DNA from: Defluviicoccus sp.
Lineage (GTDB): Bacteria > Pseudomonadota > Alphaproteobacteria > MPNO01
Direction of reading: 5' to 3'
Assembly (NCBI GenBank): GCA_028820505.1
Contig: JAPPIT010000117.1
Location: 6,777 to 70,776 of the forward strand
DNA: 64,000 nt
This document shows, one piece after another, positions 9,318-21,270 of this stretch. Below the pieces are notes generated by a model that searched no databases, was not told the origin of the DNA, and saw only the letters and a list, made by a program, of their open reading frames with translations. Made by a program: the position numbers and the translations under genes. Position 1 is the stretch's first letter. Every line of letters begins with the position of its first letter.

Positions 9318-10445
9318 CTAAGCCTCGCCCCACACCTCGCGCGCGAGGTCGATCACGAAGGACAGCTTGGCCGCCTGGTCCTCGACCGCGATCAGGTTGC
9401 CGAGATCGACGCTCGCGAAGCCGCATTGCGGGCTCAGGCCCAGGCGGTCGAGCGCGACGTGCGCCGAGGCCTCGTCGATCCGGCGCCTGATCTCGTCCCG
9501 GTCCTCCATGTCGCCGCGCTTGGTGGTGACGAGGCCGAGCACCACGCATCGGTCGTCGGGCATGAAGCGCAGGGGCTCGAACCCGCCGGAGCGCGCGTCG
9601 TCGTATTCGAGGAACCAGGCATCGACCTCGATGACCGGGAACAGGGCTTCGGCCAGCGGCTCGTACCCGCCCTCGGCGATCCAGGCGCTCTGCGCGTTGC
9701 CGCGGCAGAGATGGATCGTGAGGTAGGTGTCGGGGCCGCGTTCCGAGATGCAGTCGTTGAGCAGGCGCGCGTAGCGGTGGATCAGCGTGTCGGGGTCCTC
9801 GCCGATGGCCTTCAGATTGTCGCGCATCCGCGTGTCGACGAAATAGTTGATGACCGGATCGTCGATCTGGATGTAGCGGCAGCCGAGCGCTTCGAGGGCG
9901 GCGATCTCGTCGCGGTAGACGCGGGCGAGATCGTCCCAGAACGCCTCCTTGTCGGGATAGGCCCCGTCGTCCACCGACGCGTCGCCACCGTGGAAGTGAA
10001 CCCGCGTCGGCGAGGGGATCGTGACCTTGGCGGTCTTCGAGGTCCGGGCGTTCAGGAAGGCGAAATCGTCGGCCAGGATGTCGCCCGCCCGGCCCAGCTT
10101 CCCCACGGTCCGGACGTTCTTCGGCACGTAGCCCGACGCGGTGCCGGGCGCCTTCCGGAAACCGGCCGCCTCGTCGGGGCTCGAAATCTCGATCCCCTCG
10201 ATCGCCGAGATGAAGTCGATCCACCAGTTCTCGCGGCGGAACTCGCCGTCGGTCACCGCGCCGAGCCCGAGATCCTCCTGCAGCGTCACGACGTCGGCGA
10301 TGGCCGCGTCCTCGACCTCGCGGAGCGCGGCGGCGTCGAGCGCGCCGGACTTCCATTTCTCGCGGGCGGCGAGAAGCTCCGGCGGGCGCAGCAGGCTGCC
10401 GACGTGATCGGCGCGGAACAGCGGTTTCTTCGCGGAAGCGCTCAT
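9318..10445 (-). CDS. Cobalamin-independent methionine synthase II family (catalytic-domain-only MetE-like) protein
   Basis: RADHVGSLLRP, TDGEFRR, YIQIDDP, Zn ligands HLCRGN / FLEYD / SPQCGF; half the length of MetE. Confidence 0.88.
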   Translation of the reverse strand: MSASAKKPLFRADHVGSLLRPPELLAAREKWKSGALDAAALREVEDAAIADVVTLQEDLGLGAVTDGEFRRENWWIDFISAIEGIEISSPDEAAGFRKAPGTASGYVPKNVRTVGKLGRAGDILADDFAFLNARTSKTAKVTIPSPTRVHFHGGDASVDDGAYPDKEAFWDDLARVYRDEIAALEALGCRYIQIDDPVINYFVDTRMRDNLKAIGEDPDTLIHRYARLLNDCISERGPDTYLTIHLCRGNAQSAWIAEGGYEPLAEALFPVIEVDAWFLEYDDARSGGFEPLRFMPDDRCVVLGLVTTKRGDMEDRDEIRRRIDEASAHVALDRLGLSPQCGFASVDLGNLIAVEDQAAKLSFVIDLAREVWGEA

Positions 10446-10540
10446 CGGGACTCCTTTCCGGGTTGCCGGCGCGTTGACTCGCCCCGGGCGGCACCGAACT
10501 ATGTACCCTGATCCCCCGGACCCGTCACTTGCAGAAGCCC

Positions 10541-11355
10541 ATGCGCATCGAGGACTATCCGCCGCAGGAACCGCTGAGCGAGGTGGGCCAGGCCTTCGCC
10601 GACGAGGTCATGGCCCGCGGCGAAGGCGTTTCGGCCGTCGACGTGCAGTACGGCGACGATCCCTACCGGTCGATCGCGATCCAGACCCCCGTTGAGCCCG
10701 GCGGCACCGTGCTCGCCATGATGCACGGCGGCGGCTGGACGTCGGGCTACAAGGAGCATCTCAACTTCGCCGGGCGGTGCGCGACGGCGCGCGGCGTCGT
10801 CTATGCCAGCATCGGCTACCGGCTGGCCCCGCAACACCTGTTTCCCACCGGTTTCGAGGACAGCGCCGACGCCGTCGCCTGGCTCTACCGGAACGTCGCG
10901 GAGATGGGCGGCGATCCGGCGCGGATTTTCGTCGGCGGGCACTCGGCGGGCGGACACTATGCGGCGCTGCTCTCGGTGCGGAAAGACTGGCAAGCGAAGC
11001 GCGGACTGCCCGACGACGTAGTTCGGGGCTGCCTGCCGATTTCGGGCGTCTTCCGCTTCGGCGAAGGCAGCGGGCTCAGCGCGCGCCCGCGCTTTCTCGG
11101 GCCGGAGTCGAACGACCGCCCGGCGAGCCCCGTCCTCGACATCCAGGCGACGCCGCCCTTCCTCATCGCCCATGGCGGCGAGGACTTTCCGCACCTGATG
11201 ACCCAGGCCGACGAGATGGAGGGGGCGCTCCGCGGCGCCGGGGGCGACGTCACGCGGCTGTCGATGCCGGGGCGCAACCACTTCTCGGCGTGCTACGCGG
11301 CGGGCGAGGAAGACGGGCCCTGGGTCGGCCCCGCGTTCGAATGGATGGCGGCGCA

Positions 11356-11359
<4 letters not shown>
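10541..11359 (+). CDS. Alpha/beta hydrolase (HSL / arylformamidase-like)
   Basis: HGGGW oxyanion motif, YRLAP, GHSAGG nucleophile elbow, C-terminal NHF. Confidence 0.85.
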
Positions 11360-12828
<1,469 letters not shown>

Positions 12829-12830
12829 GC

Positions 12831-13790
12831 ATGAAGCGCACGATCGAAGCGGGAAACGCAGCCCGGCTCGGCTGGCTGGCGGGGCAGATACCGCTGCTCG
12901 CCCTCATCGTCCTCTGCCTGATCGCGAGCGCGCTGTCGGACCGTTTCTTCTCGCCCATCAACATCAACAACGTGCTGATGCAGGGCGCGGTGATGACCGT
13001 CATCACCATCGGCATGACCTACGTCATCATCTGCGGCGGCTTCGATCTCAGCGTGGGCTCGGTGGTGGCGCTGTCGGGCTGCGTCACCGCGATGGCCATG
13101 CTGGAAGCCGGCATCGTCGCGGGCGTCGCGGCCGGCGTGGCGGTGGGCGCGCTGGTCGGCCTCATCAACGGCCTCGTCGTCACCAGGCTCGACGTCAACC
13201 CGTTCATCGCGACGCTGGGAACGATGGTGCTGTTCCGGGGCGTCACCTTCCTGATCACCGGCGGCCGGCCGATCGTCGGCGAGGACGGCCTGCCGGAGCT
13301 CTTTCTCGACTTCGCCATCGAGCGCCTGTTCGGCATCCCCTATCTGGTGTGGCTGCCGGTGGCCCTGTTCGGCGTCTTCCACCTGCTGCTGCATCACACG
13401 GCTTACGGAATCCGCGTCTTCGCCACGGGCGGGAACACCGAGGCCGCCTATCTCGCGGGCGTCGCGGTGAGGCGGGTGCGCGCCTCCTCCTATGTCTGGT
13501 GCGGCGCGCTCGCCGGGCTCGCCGGCGTGATGCTCGCCTCGCGGCTGCAATCGGGCCAGCCGACCGCGGGCGCGTTCTACGAGCTCACCGCGATCGCCGC
13601 CGTCGTGCTCGGCGGCGCCTCGCTGTTCGGCGGCGAGGGCAAGCTCTACAAGTCGATCATCGGCGTGTTCATCATGGTGGTGCTGGCCAACGCGCTCAAC
13701 CTCGCCAACGTCCACTCCTACTGGCAGCAGGTGGCGATCGGCCTCGTCATCGTCGCCGCCGCCGCTGCCGACCGCCTGCGCCGCCGCTGA
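12831..13790 (+). CDS. Sugar (RbsC-like) ABC transporter permease
   Basis: GGFDLSVGS, PFIATLG, GGNTEAA, YELTAIAAVVLGGASLFGGEG. Confidence 0.92.
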   Translation: MKRTIEAGNAARLGWLAGQIPLLALIVLCLIASALSDRFFSPININNVLMQGAVMTVITIGMTYVIICGGFDLSVGSVVALSGCVTAMAMLEAGIVAGVAAGVAVGALVGLINGLVVTRLDVNPFIATLGTMVLFRGVTFLITGGRPIVGEDGLPELFLDFAIERLFGIPYLVWLPVALFGVFHLLLHHTAYGIRVFATGGNTEAAYLAGVAVRRVRASSYVWCGALAGLAGVMLASRLQSGQPTAGAFYELTAIAAVVLGGASLFGGEGKLYKSIIGVFIMVVLANALNLANVHSYWQQVAIGLVIVAAAAADRLRRR

Positions 13791-13804
13791 GAGGCCGCGC
13801 CGCC

Positions 13805-15421
13805 ATGACCGACTATGACGGAATCGTCCTCGGCGGCGGGCATAACGGGCTGATCCTCCAGGCCTATGCCGCGCGCGCCGGGCTCAAGGTGCTGACGATC
13901 GAACGCCGGCCTTTCGTCGGCGGCGGGCTGGAGACCGTGGACGACCCGCGCCACCCGGGCTTTCGCCACAACACCCACGGCTTCTTCCAGCGCGCGCTGA
14001 CCGAGATGCCGTGGTACCGCGACCTCGACATCGCCCGCCACGGCGCGCGCTACATCGAACCCGAGCTGAACGTGGCCCTGCTGCTGGAGGACGGGCGCTC
14101 GCTGCAATGGTGGACCGATTTCGAGCGCACCCACGATTCGTTCGCCGCGCTTTCGAAGCGGGACGCCGCCACGCTGAAGCGCTGGCACGACGCGTTCCGC
14201 CCGATCGTGCGCGACATCCTGGTCCCCGAGGCGACGTCGCCGCCGCTGCCGGCGGCAGAGCGCCGCGCGCTCCTCGAACGGAGCGCCGCCGGGCGCCGGC
14301 TGCTCGAAGCGAGCGCCCTGTCGCCGCTCGAATTCGTGGAGAGCGAGTTCACCCACCCGACGATCCAGGCGGGGCTCCTGTTCTTCAACGGCCTGCGCGA
14401 GGTCGATTTGCGGGTGCGCGGCTTCGGCCACCACATCGCCGCCCTGCTCGCCAGCACGGCGAAGGCGCAGATGACGGTGGGCGGCGCGCACATACTGGCG
14501 GTGGCGCTGGAACGCGCCGTGCGCGAGGCCGGCGGCGACATCCGGGTGGCGACGACGCCGCGCCGCATCCTGGTCGAGCGGGGCCGCGCGGTCGGCGTCG
14601 AGACCGACGCGGGCGATATTTTCATGGCGCGCCGCTTCGTCGCCTCGTCGCTCAACCCGCACCAGACGTTTCTCGACCTGCTGGATCCGGCGCACCTGCC
14701 CGGGGGCTGGCGGCGCAAGGTCGAGGGGTTCGCCTACAACCTCATCGCGCCGCTGTTCTCGCTCAACCTCAACCTCTCCGAGCCGCCGCGCTACGGCGCC
14801 GCCGACGACGACCCCGCGCTGGAGACCCCGTTCATGGTCATCATGGGGCTGGAGCATGCCGCGCAGTATCCGGAGATCGTGCGCCACCACGAGGCCGGGA
14901 CGATCCCGCCGACGGTGATGTGGGGCGCCTGCCCGACGCAGTTCGACCCCTCGCAGGCGCCGCCCGGCAGGCACACCGCCTTCATGTGGGAAAAGCTGCC
15001 CTACCGGCTGGGCGGCGATCCGGCCGGCTGGGACTCGGCCAAGGACGCGCACGGCGCGGTCATGCTCGATCTGTGGCGCCGCCATGCACCCAATCTCGAC
15101 GGCGCGGTGATCGACCGGTTTACGCGCAGCCCGCTCGATGTCGAGCGCGCGCTCCCCAACATGCGGTTCGGCGACCTGCTGGTCGGCGCCTTCACCGGGG
15201 GCCAGATCGGCGCCGACCGCCCGTTCCCCGGCGCCGGGCGCTACCGCGCGCATCTCGACGGGCTCTACCTGTGCGGCTCGGCGTCGCATCCGGGCGGCAA
15301 CGTCACCGGCCTCCCCGGCTACAACGCGGCCCAGGTGCTGCTCGCCGATCTCGGCATCGAGGCCGGCTGGGCGCCGCCGCCCATCGCCAAAAGGCTGGCC
15401 GCGCTGGCGGACGCAGGGTAG
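13805..15421 (+). CDS. FAD-dependent oxidoreductase, phytoene-desaturase-like family
   Basis: GGGHNGL Rossmann motif, DPSQAPPGRHT, GLYLCGSASHPGGNVTGLPGYNAA. Confidence 0.85.
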   Translation: MTDYDGIVLGGGHNGLILQAYAARAGLKVLTIERRPFVGGGLETVDDPRHPGFRHNTHGFFQRALTEMPWYRDLDIARHGARYIEPELNVALLLEDGRSLQWWTDFERTHDSFAALSKRDAATLKRWHDAFRPIVRDILVPEATSPPLPAAERRALLERSAAGRRLLEASALSPLEFVESEFTHPTIQAGLLFFNGLREVDLRVRGFGHHIAALLASTAKAQMTVGGAHILAVALERAVREAGGDIRVATTPRRILVERGRAVGVETDAGDIFMARRFVASSLNPHQTFLDLLDPAHLPGGWRRKVEGFAYNLIAPLFSLNLNLSEPPRYGAADDDPALETPFMVIMGLEHAAQYPEIVRHHEAGTIPPTVMWGACPTQFDPSQAPPGRHTAFMWEKLPYRLGGDPAGWDSAKDAHGAVMLDLWRRHAPNLDGAVIDRFTRSPLDVERALPNMRFGDLLVGAFTGGQIGADRPFPGAGRYRAHLDGLYLCGSASHPGGNVTGLPGYNAAQVLLADLGIEAGWAPPPIAKRLAALADAG

Positions 15422-15485
15422 GCGGGGCGCGCCGGCGTCTCCCTTGGCGCCGCCGTCCCTGGTCTCGCCCGTCGCTTCCCTCCAC

Positions 15486-16031
15486 CGTCATGCCCGGACT
15501 TGTTCCGCTGCTGTCCGGTTAAGATGGGTTGGACCCGGCGCAAGGCGTCGATACAGGCGGGTTTCCGGCCCGCCCGCCGGATCGGGACACGGATCGCGGC
15601 CCGCCCGCATCCGCCCCCCTTGTCCCCCCGCTGTCACCCCGGCCTTGAGCCGGGGTCCAGGCTCGCCCCGGACAACCGATCCGGGGAAAGCCGGGCGACG
15701 GCGGTGCCTGACAGGCTGGACCCCGGCTCAAGGCCGGGGTGACAGCGGGGGGCGAGACAAGGTCGGGCGGGGCGGGCATTCTCCGGCACTCCCCTCCCTC
15801 CCCGCCGTCATGCCCGGACTTGTTCCGGGCATCCACGCCCCTCCGCCGCCGCGCCCGCGCCCGCTTATACCGCGATGCCGCAAGACGTGGATGCCCGGAA
15901 CAAGTCCGGGCATGACGTGATGGGGCCAGGTGTCGGAGAACGCGCGCGCCGCCCGATCTTGTCCCCGCCTCTCGGCGCAGAGCCCGCCGAACGCCGAACC
16001 GGACAGCAAAGGAACGAGTCCGGGCATGACG
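15486..16031. mobile_element. MITE-like composite of REP doublets with 35-bp terminal inverted repeats (cluster C)
   Basis: Left end 15486-15520 and right end 15997-16031 are inverted copies (32 of 35 nt match by eye). Two REP doublets lie inside (15624-15752, 15806-15917). No coding capacity; mobility is inferred. Confidence 0.6.
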
Positions 16032-16107
16032 AAACGTGGGGAGAAGGCTCGGTGGGGCGACCGGGCGCCGGCCCGATCGATCGCGAAAGAACTTACGAGA
16101 CGCAGCG

Positions 16108-17364
16108 TCAGGCCAGCGTCGCGGCGATTTCCTCGTAGCCGGGTATCGCGGCCTCGGGTCCGAGGATCGCGACCGTGGGCCGGCCCGCCCTGAGGCGCCC
16201 GGAGATGCGGCCGACGGCGTCGCAGTCGACCGCCTCCACCGCTTCGGCGACTTCCTGCGTCGGCAGGACCCGGCCGAAGATCAGCGTGTGGCGCGCGATC
16301 TGTTCCGACCGCGCGGCGGTGCTTTCCAGCGACATCAGGATCCCCGCCTTGAGCTGCGCCTTCGCGCGCCGCAGCTCGGCCTCCGAGATGTCGTCCGCCA
16401 GCGTCGTCAGATTGGCGCAGATGCGTTCGGCCACCTCGGACGCGCTGTCCGCCCCGGTGCCGGCATAGACGCCGAACAGGCCGCTGTCGGCGTAGCTCGA
16501 ATTGAAGCTGTAGATCGAATAGACCAGCCCCCGCTCCTCGCGGATGTCCTGGAACAGGCGCGACGACAGGCCGCCCCCGAGCGCTGCGGAAAACACCGCC
16601 AGCGCGTAGTAGTCGGGATCGCGGTTGGGGATGCCTTCGAGGCCGACGACCAGATGCAGCTGTTCCTGCGTCCGGACGTCCCGGTCGTCCCCGCCGGCGT
16701 AGACGGCGGGCTCCGGCGCGAAGCCCCCGGCGCCCTCCGTCGAGCCGAACGCGTCCTCCACGCGGCGGGCGAAATCGTCATGGTCGAGCTTTCCCGCCGC
16801 CGCGACGACGATCCGGTCGGCCGTGTAGTGGCGGGCGATATAGTCCACCAGGGCGCCGCGTTCGATCGCGCTCACCAGTTGCGGCGTGCCGAGCGTCGGG
16901 CGGCCGACGGGCTGGTCGGGAAAGGCTGTCGCCTGGAAACGGTCGAACACGACGTCTTCCGGCGTGTCGTTGCTCTGGCCGATCTCGCGCAGGATGACCG
17001 CGCGTTCCCGTTCGAGCTCCTCGGCGTCGAGCGCGGCGTGCTGCAGGATGTCCGCGACGATGTCGAGCGCGAGCCCCTCGTCGCCGGCGAGGACGGTGGC
17101 GTGGAAGGCGGTGAACTCGCGCGAGGTGTAGGCGTTCAGGTGCCCGCCGACCGACTCGATCTCCTCGGCGATCGCGCGGGCCGAGCGCCGGTCCGTGCCC
17201 TTGAACGCCATGTGCTCGACCAGATGCGCGATTCCGTTCACCTCGGCGCGTTCGTGCCGGGTGCCGACATCGATCCAGGCGCCGAGCGAGACCGTCTCCA
17301 CCGTCGCCATGCGGTGGGTGACGACCCGGAGCCCGCTCGGAAGCCGCGTCGAACGGACGGTCAC
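16108..17364 (-). CDS. M16 family (pitrilysin / MPP-like) zinc peptidase
   Basis: Inverted zincin HLVEHMAFKGT, GGHLNAYTSRE, GGGLSSRLFQDIREERGLVYSI; GTG overlaps the thrC stop. Confidence 0.92.
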   Translation of the reverse strand: MTVRSTRLPSGLRVVTHRMATVETVSLGAWIDVGTRHERAEVNGIAHLVEHMAFKGTDRRSARAIAEEIESVGGHLNAYTSREFTAFHATVLAGDEGLALDIVADILQHAALDAEELERERAVILREIGQSNDTPEDVVFDRFQATAFPDQPVGRPTLGTPQLVSAIERGALVDYIARHYTADRIVVAAAGKLDHDDFARRVEDAFGSTEGAGGFAPEPAVYAGGDDRDVRTQEQLHLVVGLEGIPNRDPDYYALAVFSAALGGGLSSRLFQDIREERGLVYSIYSFNSSYADSGLFGVYAGTGADSASEVAERICANLTTLADDISEAELRRAKAQLKAGILMSLESTAARSEQIARHTLIFGRVLPTQEVAEAVEAVDCDAVGRISGRLRAGRPTVAILGPEAAIPGYEEIAATLA

Positions 17365-18767
17365 GCGGCCCCCCTCAGGCCGATCCTCTCGCGCACGAAG
17401 GCCTTGATGGGCGCCGGGTCGTTGGCGAAGGTCCGGACCCGTTCGGGGAGCGTCATCAACGACTCGAGACGGGCCGGCAGGTCCGGCCGCGTGCCGGTCG
17501 CGGCCTCCACCGCATCCGGGAACTTGGCGGGATGCGCGGTCGCGAGCGTGACCAGGGGAACGTTCGGGTCGCGCCTTTGCGCCTGCCCTACCCCGTATCC
17601 GACCGCGGTGTGGGGATCGAGCGTGACGCGCGAGCGCCGGAAGACTTCCGCGACGGTCCGGCGGGTTTCGTCGTCGTCCCGCCGGCCGGCTGCGAACAGG
17701 CCGCGAATGCCGGCCATCGTCACCGCCGCGACCGTCATCCGGCCCGACTGGCGGAAGCGGTCCATCGCCCGGCGCACCGCGGCGGGGTCGCGGTCCACAT
17801 AGTCGTAGAGCAGGCGTTCGAAATTGCTGGACACCTGGATGTCCATGCTGGGGCTGATCGTCGGCACCACCTCGCCGATCTCCATCGCGCCGGTCTCGAG
17901 GAAGCGGGCGAGTATGTCGTTGCGGTTGGTCGCCACGATCAGCCGGTCCACCGTGAGGCCCATGCACCGCGCGGCATAGCCCGCGAACACGTTGCCGAAA
18001 TTCCCGGTGGGGACCGAAAAGGCGACGGGCCTGTGAGGGGCGCCGAGGGCGACTCCGGCGGTCACGTAATAGACCGCCTGCGCGGCGATGCGCGCCCAGT
18101 TGATCGAGTTGACGGCGGTCAGCCGGCAACCGGCGCGGAACCGGGCATCCCCGAACATCGCCTTAACCAGCGCCTGGCAATCGTCGAAGGTCCCTTCCAC
18201 GGCGATGTTGTGCACGTTGGCGGCGTCGACCGTGGTCATCTGGCGGCGCTGGACCTCCGACACCCGGCCCCTCGGGTGCAGCACGAAGATCTCCATCCCG
18301 GCCCGGTCGCGGCAGGCTTCGATGGCCGCCGACCCCGTGTCGCCGGACGTCGCCGCGACGATCGTCACCTTCTCGCCGCGCTTCGCGAGCACGTGGTCGA
18401 ACAGGCGGCCCACGATCTGCAGCGCGTAGTCCTTGAAGGCCAGCGTCGGCCCGTGAAACAGCTCCAGAAGCCAGTCGTTGGTATCGAGCTGGACCAGCGG
18501 CGCGACGACGGGACTTTCGAAACCGGCATAGGCCGCGGCGGCGATCTCGGCGAGGGTCGCCTCGTCGATCCCGGGCCCGGTGAACGGCGCGATCACGCGC
18601 GCCGCAACCTCGTGATAGGGCAGGGAAGCGAACCCGGCGAGGGTTTCGGCATCGAAACGGGGCCAGGTTTCGGGCAAATAGAGGCCGCCGTCGGGTGCGA
18701 GCCCGCTCAGCAGCACATCCTCGAAACCGATGGGCGGGGCCTCGCCCCGCGTACTCACATACTTCAC
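17361..18767 (-). CDS. thrC: Threonine synthase
   Basis: MKYVSTRG, GLAPDGGLY, ELFHGPTLAFKD (PLP Lys), ATSGDTGSAA, VPTGNFGN, ATAHPAKF. Confidence 0.97.
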   Translation of the reverse strand: MKYVSTRGEAPPIGFEDVLLSGLAPDGGLYLPETWPRFDAETLAGFASLPYHEVAARVIAPFTGPGIDEATLAEIAAAAYAGFESPVVAPLVQLDTNDWLLELFHGPTLAFKDYALQIVGRLFDHVLAKRGEKVTIVAATSGDTGSAAIEACRDRAGMEIFVLHPRGRVSEVQRRQMTTVDAANVHNIAVEGTFDDCQALVKAMFGDARFRAGCRLTAVNSINWARIAAQAVYYVTAGVALGAPHRPVAFSVPTGNFGNVFAGYAARCMGLTVDRLIVATNRNDILARFLETGAMEIGEVVPTISPSMDIQVSSNFERLLYDYVDRDPAAVRRAMDRFRQSGRMTVAAVTMAGIRGLFAAGRRDDDETRRTVAEVFRRSRVTLDPHTAVGYGVGQAQRRDPNVPLVTLATAHPAKFPDAVEAATGTRPDLPARLESLMTLPERVRTFANDPAPIKAFVRERIGLRGAA

Positions 18768-18872
18768 CCGGCGTCCCCTGCCCTACGACGAGGGCATATA
18801 CGCCCCTTCCCGCCCCGGGACAACCGAGACCCACTCGTCAGCCGGGTCGGAAGGTCATATTCTCCCGCCGCG

Positions 18873-19973
18873 ATGACCGGCCTCGACCGCAACACGCTCA
18901 GCCTGGGTCTTTTCGGCGCCAACTGTTCCGGCGGTCTCGCCACGTCGACCTTCCCGGACCGCTGGGACGCGACATGGGAGAACAACCTCGCGCTCGCGCG
19001 CATGGCGGACGATGCCGGCATGGATTTCATGCTGCCGCTCGGGCGCTGGATCGGCTACGGCGGCGAGACCAACCATAACGGCTCCAACTTCGAGACGCTG
19101 ACCTGGGCCGCCGGCATCCTCGCCGCCACCAGGCGGATCATGGCCTTCGGCACCCTGCACGTGACCCTGATCAACCCGGTCTTCGCCGCCAAGCAGATGG
19201 TCACCTGCCATCACATCGGCGGCGGGCGGTTCGGGCTCAACATCGTCTGCGGCTGGTACCAGAAGGAGTTCGACATGCTGGGCGTCGACCTCGGCGCCCA
19301 CGACCGCCGCTACGATCTCGGCCAGGAATGGCTCGACATCGTCAACCGGGTGTGGACCGAGGACGAGCCGTTCGATTTCGACGGCGAGTTCTTCACCCTG
19401 AGATCGACGGTGCTGGAGCCCAAGCCCTTCGACCGGCGCCGTCCGATGCTGGTGAGCGCCGCGATGTCGCCCACCGGGCGCGCGTTCGCGCTCAGAAATG
19501 CCGACATGCTGTTCACCGTGGTCTGGGATGTCGACGAACTGCCGGCCCAGGCGGCGGAAATCCGCAAAGACGCGCGGGCGGCGGGCCGCGAGGTCGGCAT
19601 TTTCACCAACGCCTATGTCGTCTGCCGACCGACGCAGGAGGAGGCCGACGAATACCACCACCACTATGCCGTCGAGCACCGCGACACCGAGGCCGTCGAG
19701 ACCATGGTGGTGGAGCGCGGCTGGGACAGGCCGGGCATCCCGGAGGACCGCCGGCAGCTGTTCCGCCTGCGCGCGGCCGGGGGGAACAGCGGGTTCCCGA
19801 TCGTGGGCGATCCCGACCGGGTGGCGGAGACCATGCGCCGTCTGTCGGACGGCGGCGTGACCGCGCTCGCGCTGGGTTTCCCCAACTATCTGAAGCATTT
19901 CCCGTATTTCCGCGACGAGGTCCTGCCCCGGCTGGAGCGGATGGGGCTCAGGACGCCCGCCGCGCGCGGCTGA
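18873..19973 (+). CDS. LLM-class (luciferase-like) flavin-dependent monooxygenase, RutA/DmoA-like
   Basis: LGLFGANCSGG, RWIGYGG, FETLTWAAG, GGRFGLNIVCGW..EF; in-frame ATG at 18873. Confidence 0.88.
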   Translation: MTGLDRNTLSLGLFGANCSGGLATSTFPDRWDATWENNLALARMADDAGMDFMLPLGRWIGYGGETNHNGSNFETLTWAAGILAATRRIMAFGTLHVTLINPVFAAKQMVTCHHIGGGRFGLNIVCGWYQKEFDMLGVDLGAHDRRYDLGQEWLDIVNRVWTEDEPFDFDGEFFTLRSTVLEPKPFDRRRPMLVSAAMSPTGRAFALRNADMLFTVVWDVDELPAQAAEIRKDARAAGREVGIFTNAYVVCRPTQEEADEYHHHYAVEHRDTEAVETMVVERGWDRPGIPEDRRQLFRLRAAGGNSGFPIVGDPDRVAETMRRLSDGGVTALALGFPNYLKHFPYFRDEVLPRLERMGLRTPAARG

Positions 19974-21270
19974 CGGCGACGCCGGCGGCGAGACGGACCC
20001 CGCGGGGCGCCGCCATCCAGATGCAGAAGATCGAGACCAGCGCCAGCGCCGCGCAGAGCGTGAAGGCGGGCGCGTAGCTGCCGGCGCGGTCGAATATCAC
20101 CCCGGTGACCCACGGCCCGGCGCCGGCGCCCAGATTGCCGCCGATGCTGACGAAGCCGAACACCACGGCGAAACGCGGCCCGGAATAGATGTCGGCGACG
20201 ATGGTGCCGTAAAGCGCGCCGAGCCCGTAACCGAACAGCCCCTGGCAGGCGACGATCGCGTAGACGACGACCGGCGACGGCACCGTCGGGAGCACGAGAA
20301 GCAGGAGATAGCAGAGCGCGAAGCCGGTCAGCGCGATGGTCCAGCCCCACTCCCGGCCGACGCGGTCGGACAGCCCGCCGACCCCGATCTGCCCGAAGAT
20401 GCCGCAGAACCCGACGAGACCGAGCGCGAGCGCGGCGAAATCGGGCGCAAACCCGACATCCAGCAGGTACTTGGTCTGGTGCACCTGAACGGCGTACCAG
20501 GCGAACAAACCGGTGAAGAAGCCGAAGGTCACCCACCAGAACCGGGCGGTCCGCAAGGCGCGGGCCAGCGTCCAGTCGGTGTCGACCCAGCGCCGGTCGA
20601 CCACCGTGTCGGGCGCGCGGGAGGACGGTTTTTCTCCCTTCCGGTTGGACCCGTCGGGCTCGAGCCCGACGGACGCCGGTTCCTTCCGCTGGGCGATGAC
20701 GTTGAGCGGCACGATGACCGCGACCAGAAGCACGGCGAGCGACAGGCAGGCATAGCGCCAGCCCTCGGTCTCGATGACGCGCTGTATCCACGGCAGGATG
20801 ACGATGGCGCCGAAGCCGACGCCGGAGAACGCGATTCCCGTCGCCAACCCGCGGCGGCGCAGGAACCAGTTGGGCAGGAACATCGAATGACCGGCATAGC
20901 TCATCGAGACGGCGAAGCTCACCGTCATGATGCCGAGGGTGAGATAGAACCCGACCGGCGTCGTCGCCAGGGTCGCGCAGACCAGCCCGGCCGCGGTGAT
21001 CGTCGCGCCGGCCGGGATGATCAGGCGCGGGCCGAAGCGCGTCATCACGAACCCGAGCGTCGGAACCAGCATGATCGACGCCGCGAACCCGATCGAGAAG
21101 GCGGCCGCCGTCACGCCGCGTTCCCAGCCGAACTCGTCGAGAATGGGCGGGAAGAAGAGCGAGAACGAGGTCCGGGCGCTGACCCCGATCGACATGGTCA
21201 CGAAAGCGATGCCGATAACCACCCAGCCGTAATAGAACGGCAGCCGGGCGGCGATGGACCGGCCGTTCAT
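19948..21270 (-). CDS. MFS transporter (OFA/MCT-like)
   Basis: YYGWVV, WFLRRRGLATGIAFSGVG, LSDRVGR; about 12 hydrophobic segments. Confidence 0.88.
   Translation of the reverse strand: MNGRSIAARLPFYYGWVVIGIAFVTMSIGVSARTSFSLFFPPILDEFGWERGVTAAAFSIGFAASIMLVPTLGFVMTRFGPRLIIPAGATITAAGLVCATLATTPVGFYLTLGIMTVSFAVSMSYAGHSMFLPNWFLRRRGLATGIAFSGVGFGAIVILPWIQRVIETEGWRYACLSLAVLLVAVIVPLNVIAQRKEPASVGLEPDGSNRKGEKPSSRAPDTVVDRRWVDTDWTLARALRTARFWWVTFGFFTGLFAWYAVQVHQTKYLLDVGFAPDFAALALGLVGFCGIFGQIGVGGLSDRVGREWGWTIALTGFALCYLLLLVLPTVPSPVVVYAIVACQGLFGYGLGALYGTIVADIYSGPRFAVVFGFVSIGGNLGAGAGPWVTGVIFDRAGSYAPAFTLCAALALVSIFCIWMAAPRGVRLAAGVAVSRARRAS

Noticed and set aside
13805-15421. Carotenoid biosynthesis (crtI) linked to fni
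   Set aside because: No crtB/crtE/crtY nearby; the protein is of the generic GHNGL-type oxidoreductase group and sits in a transporter operon 28 kb from fni.
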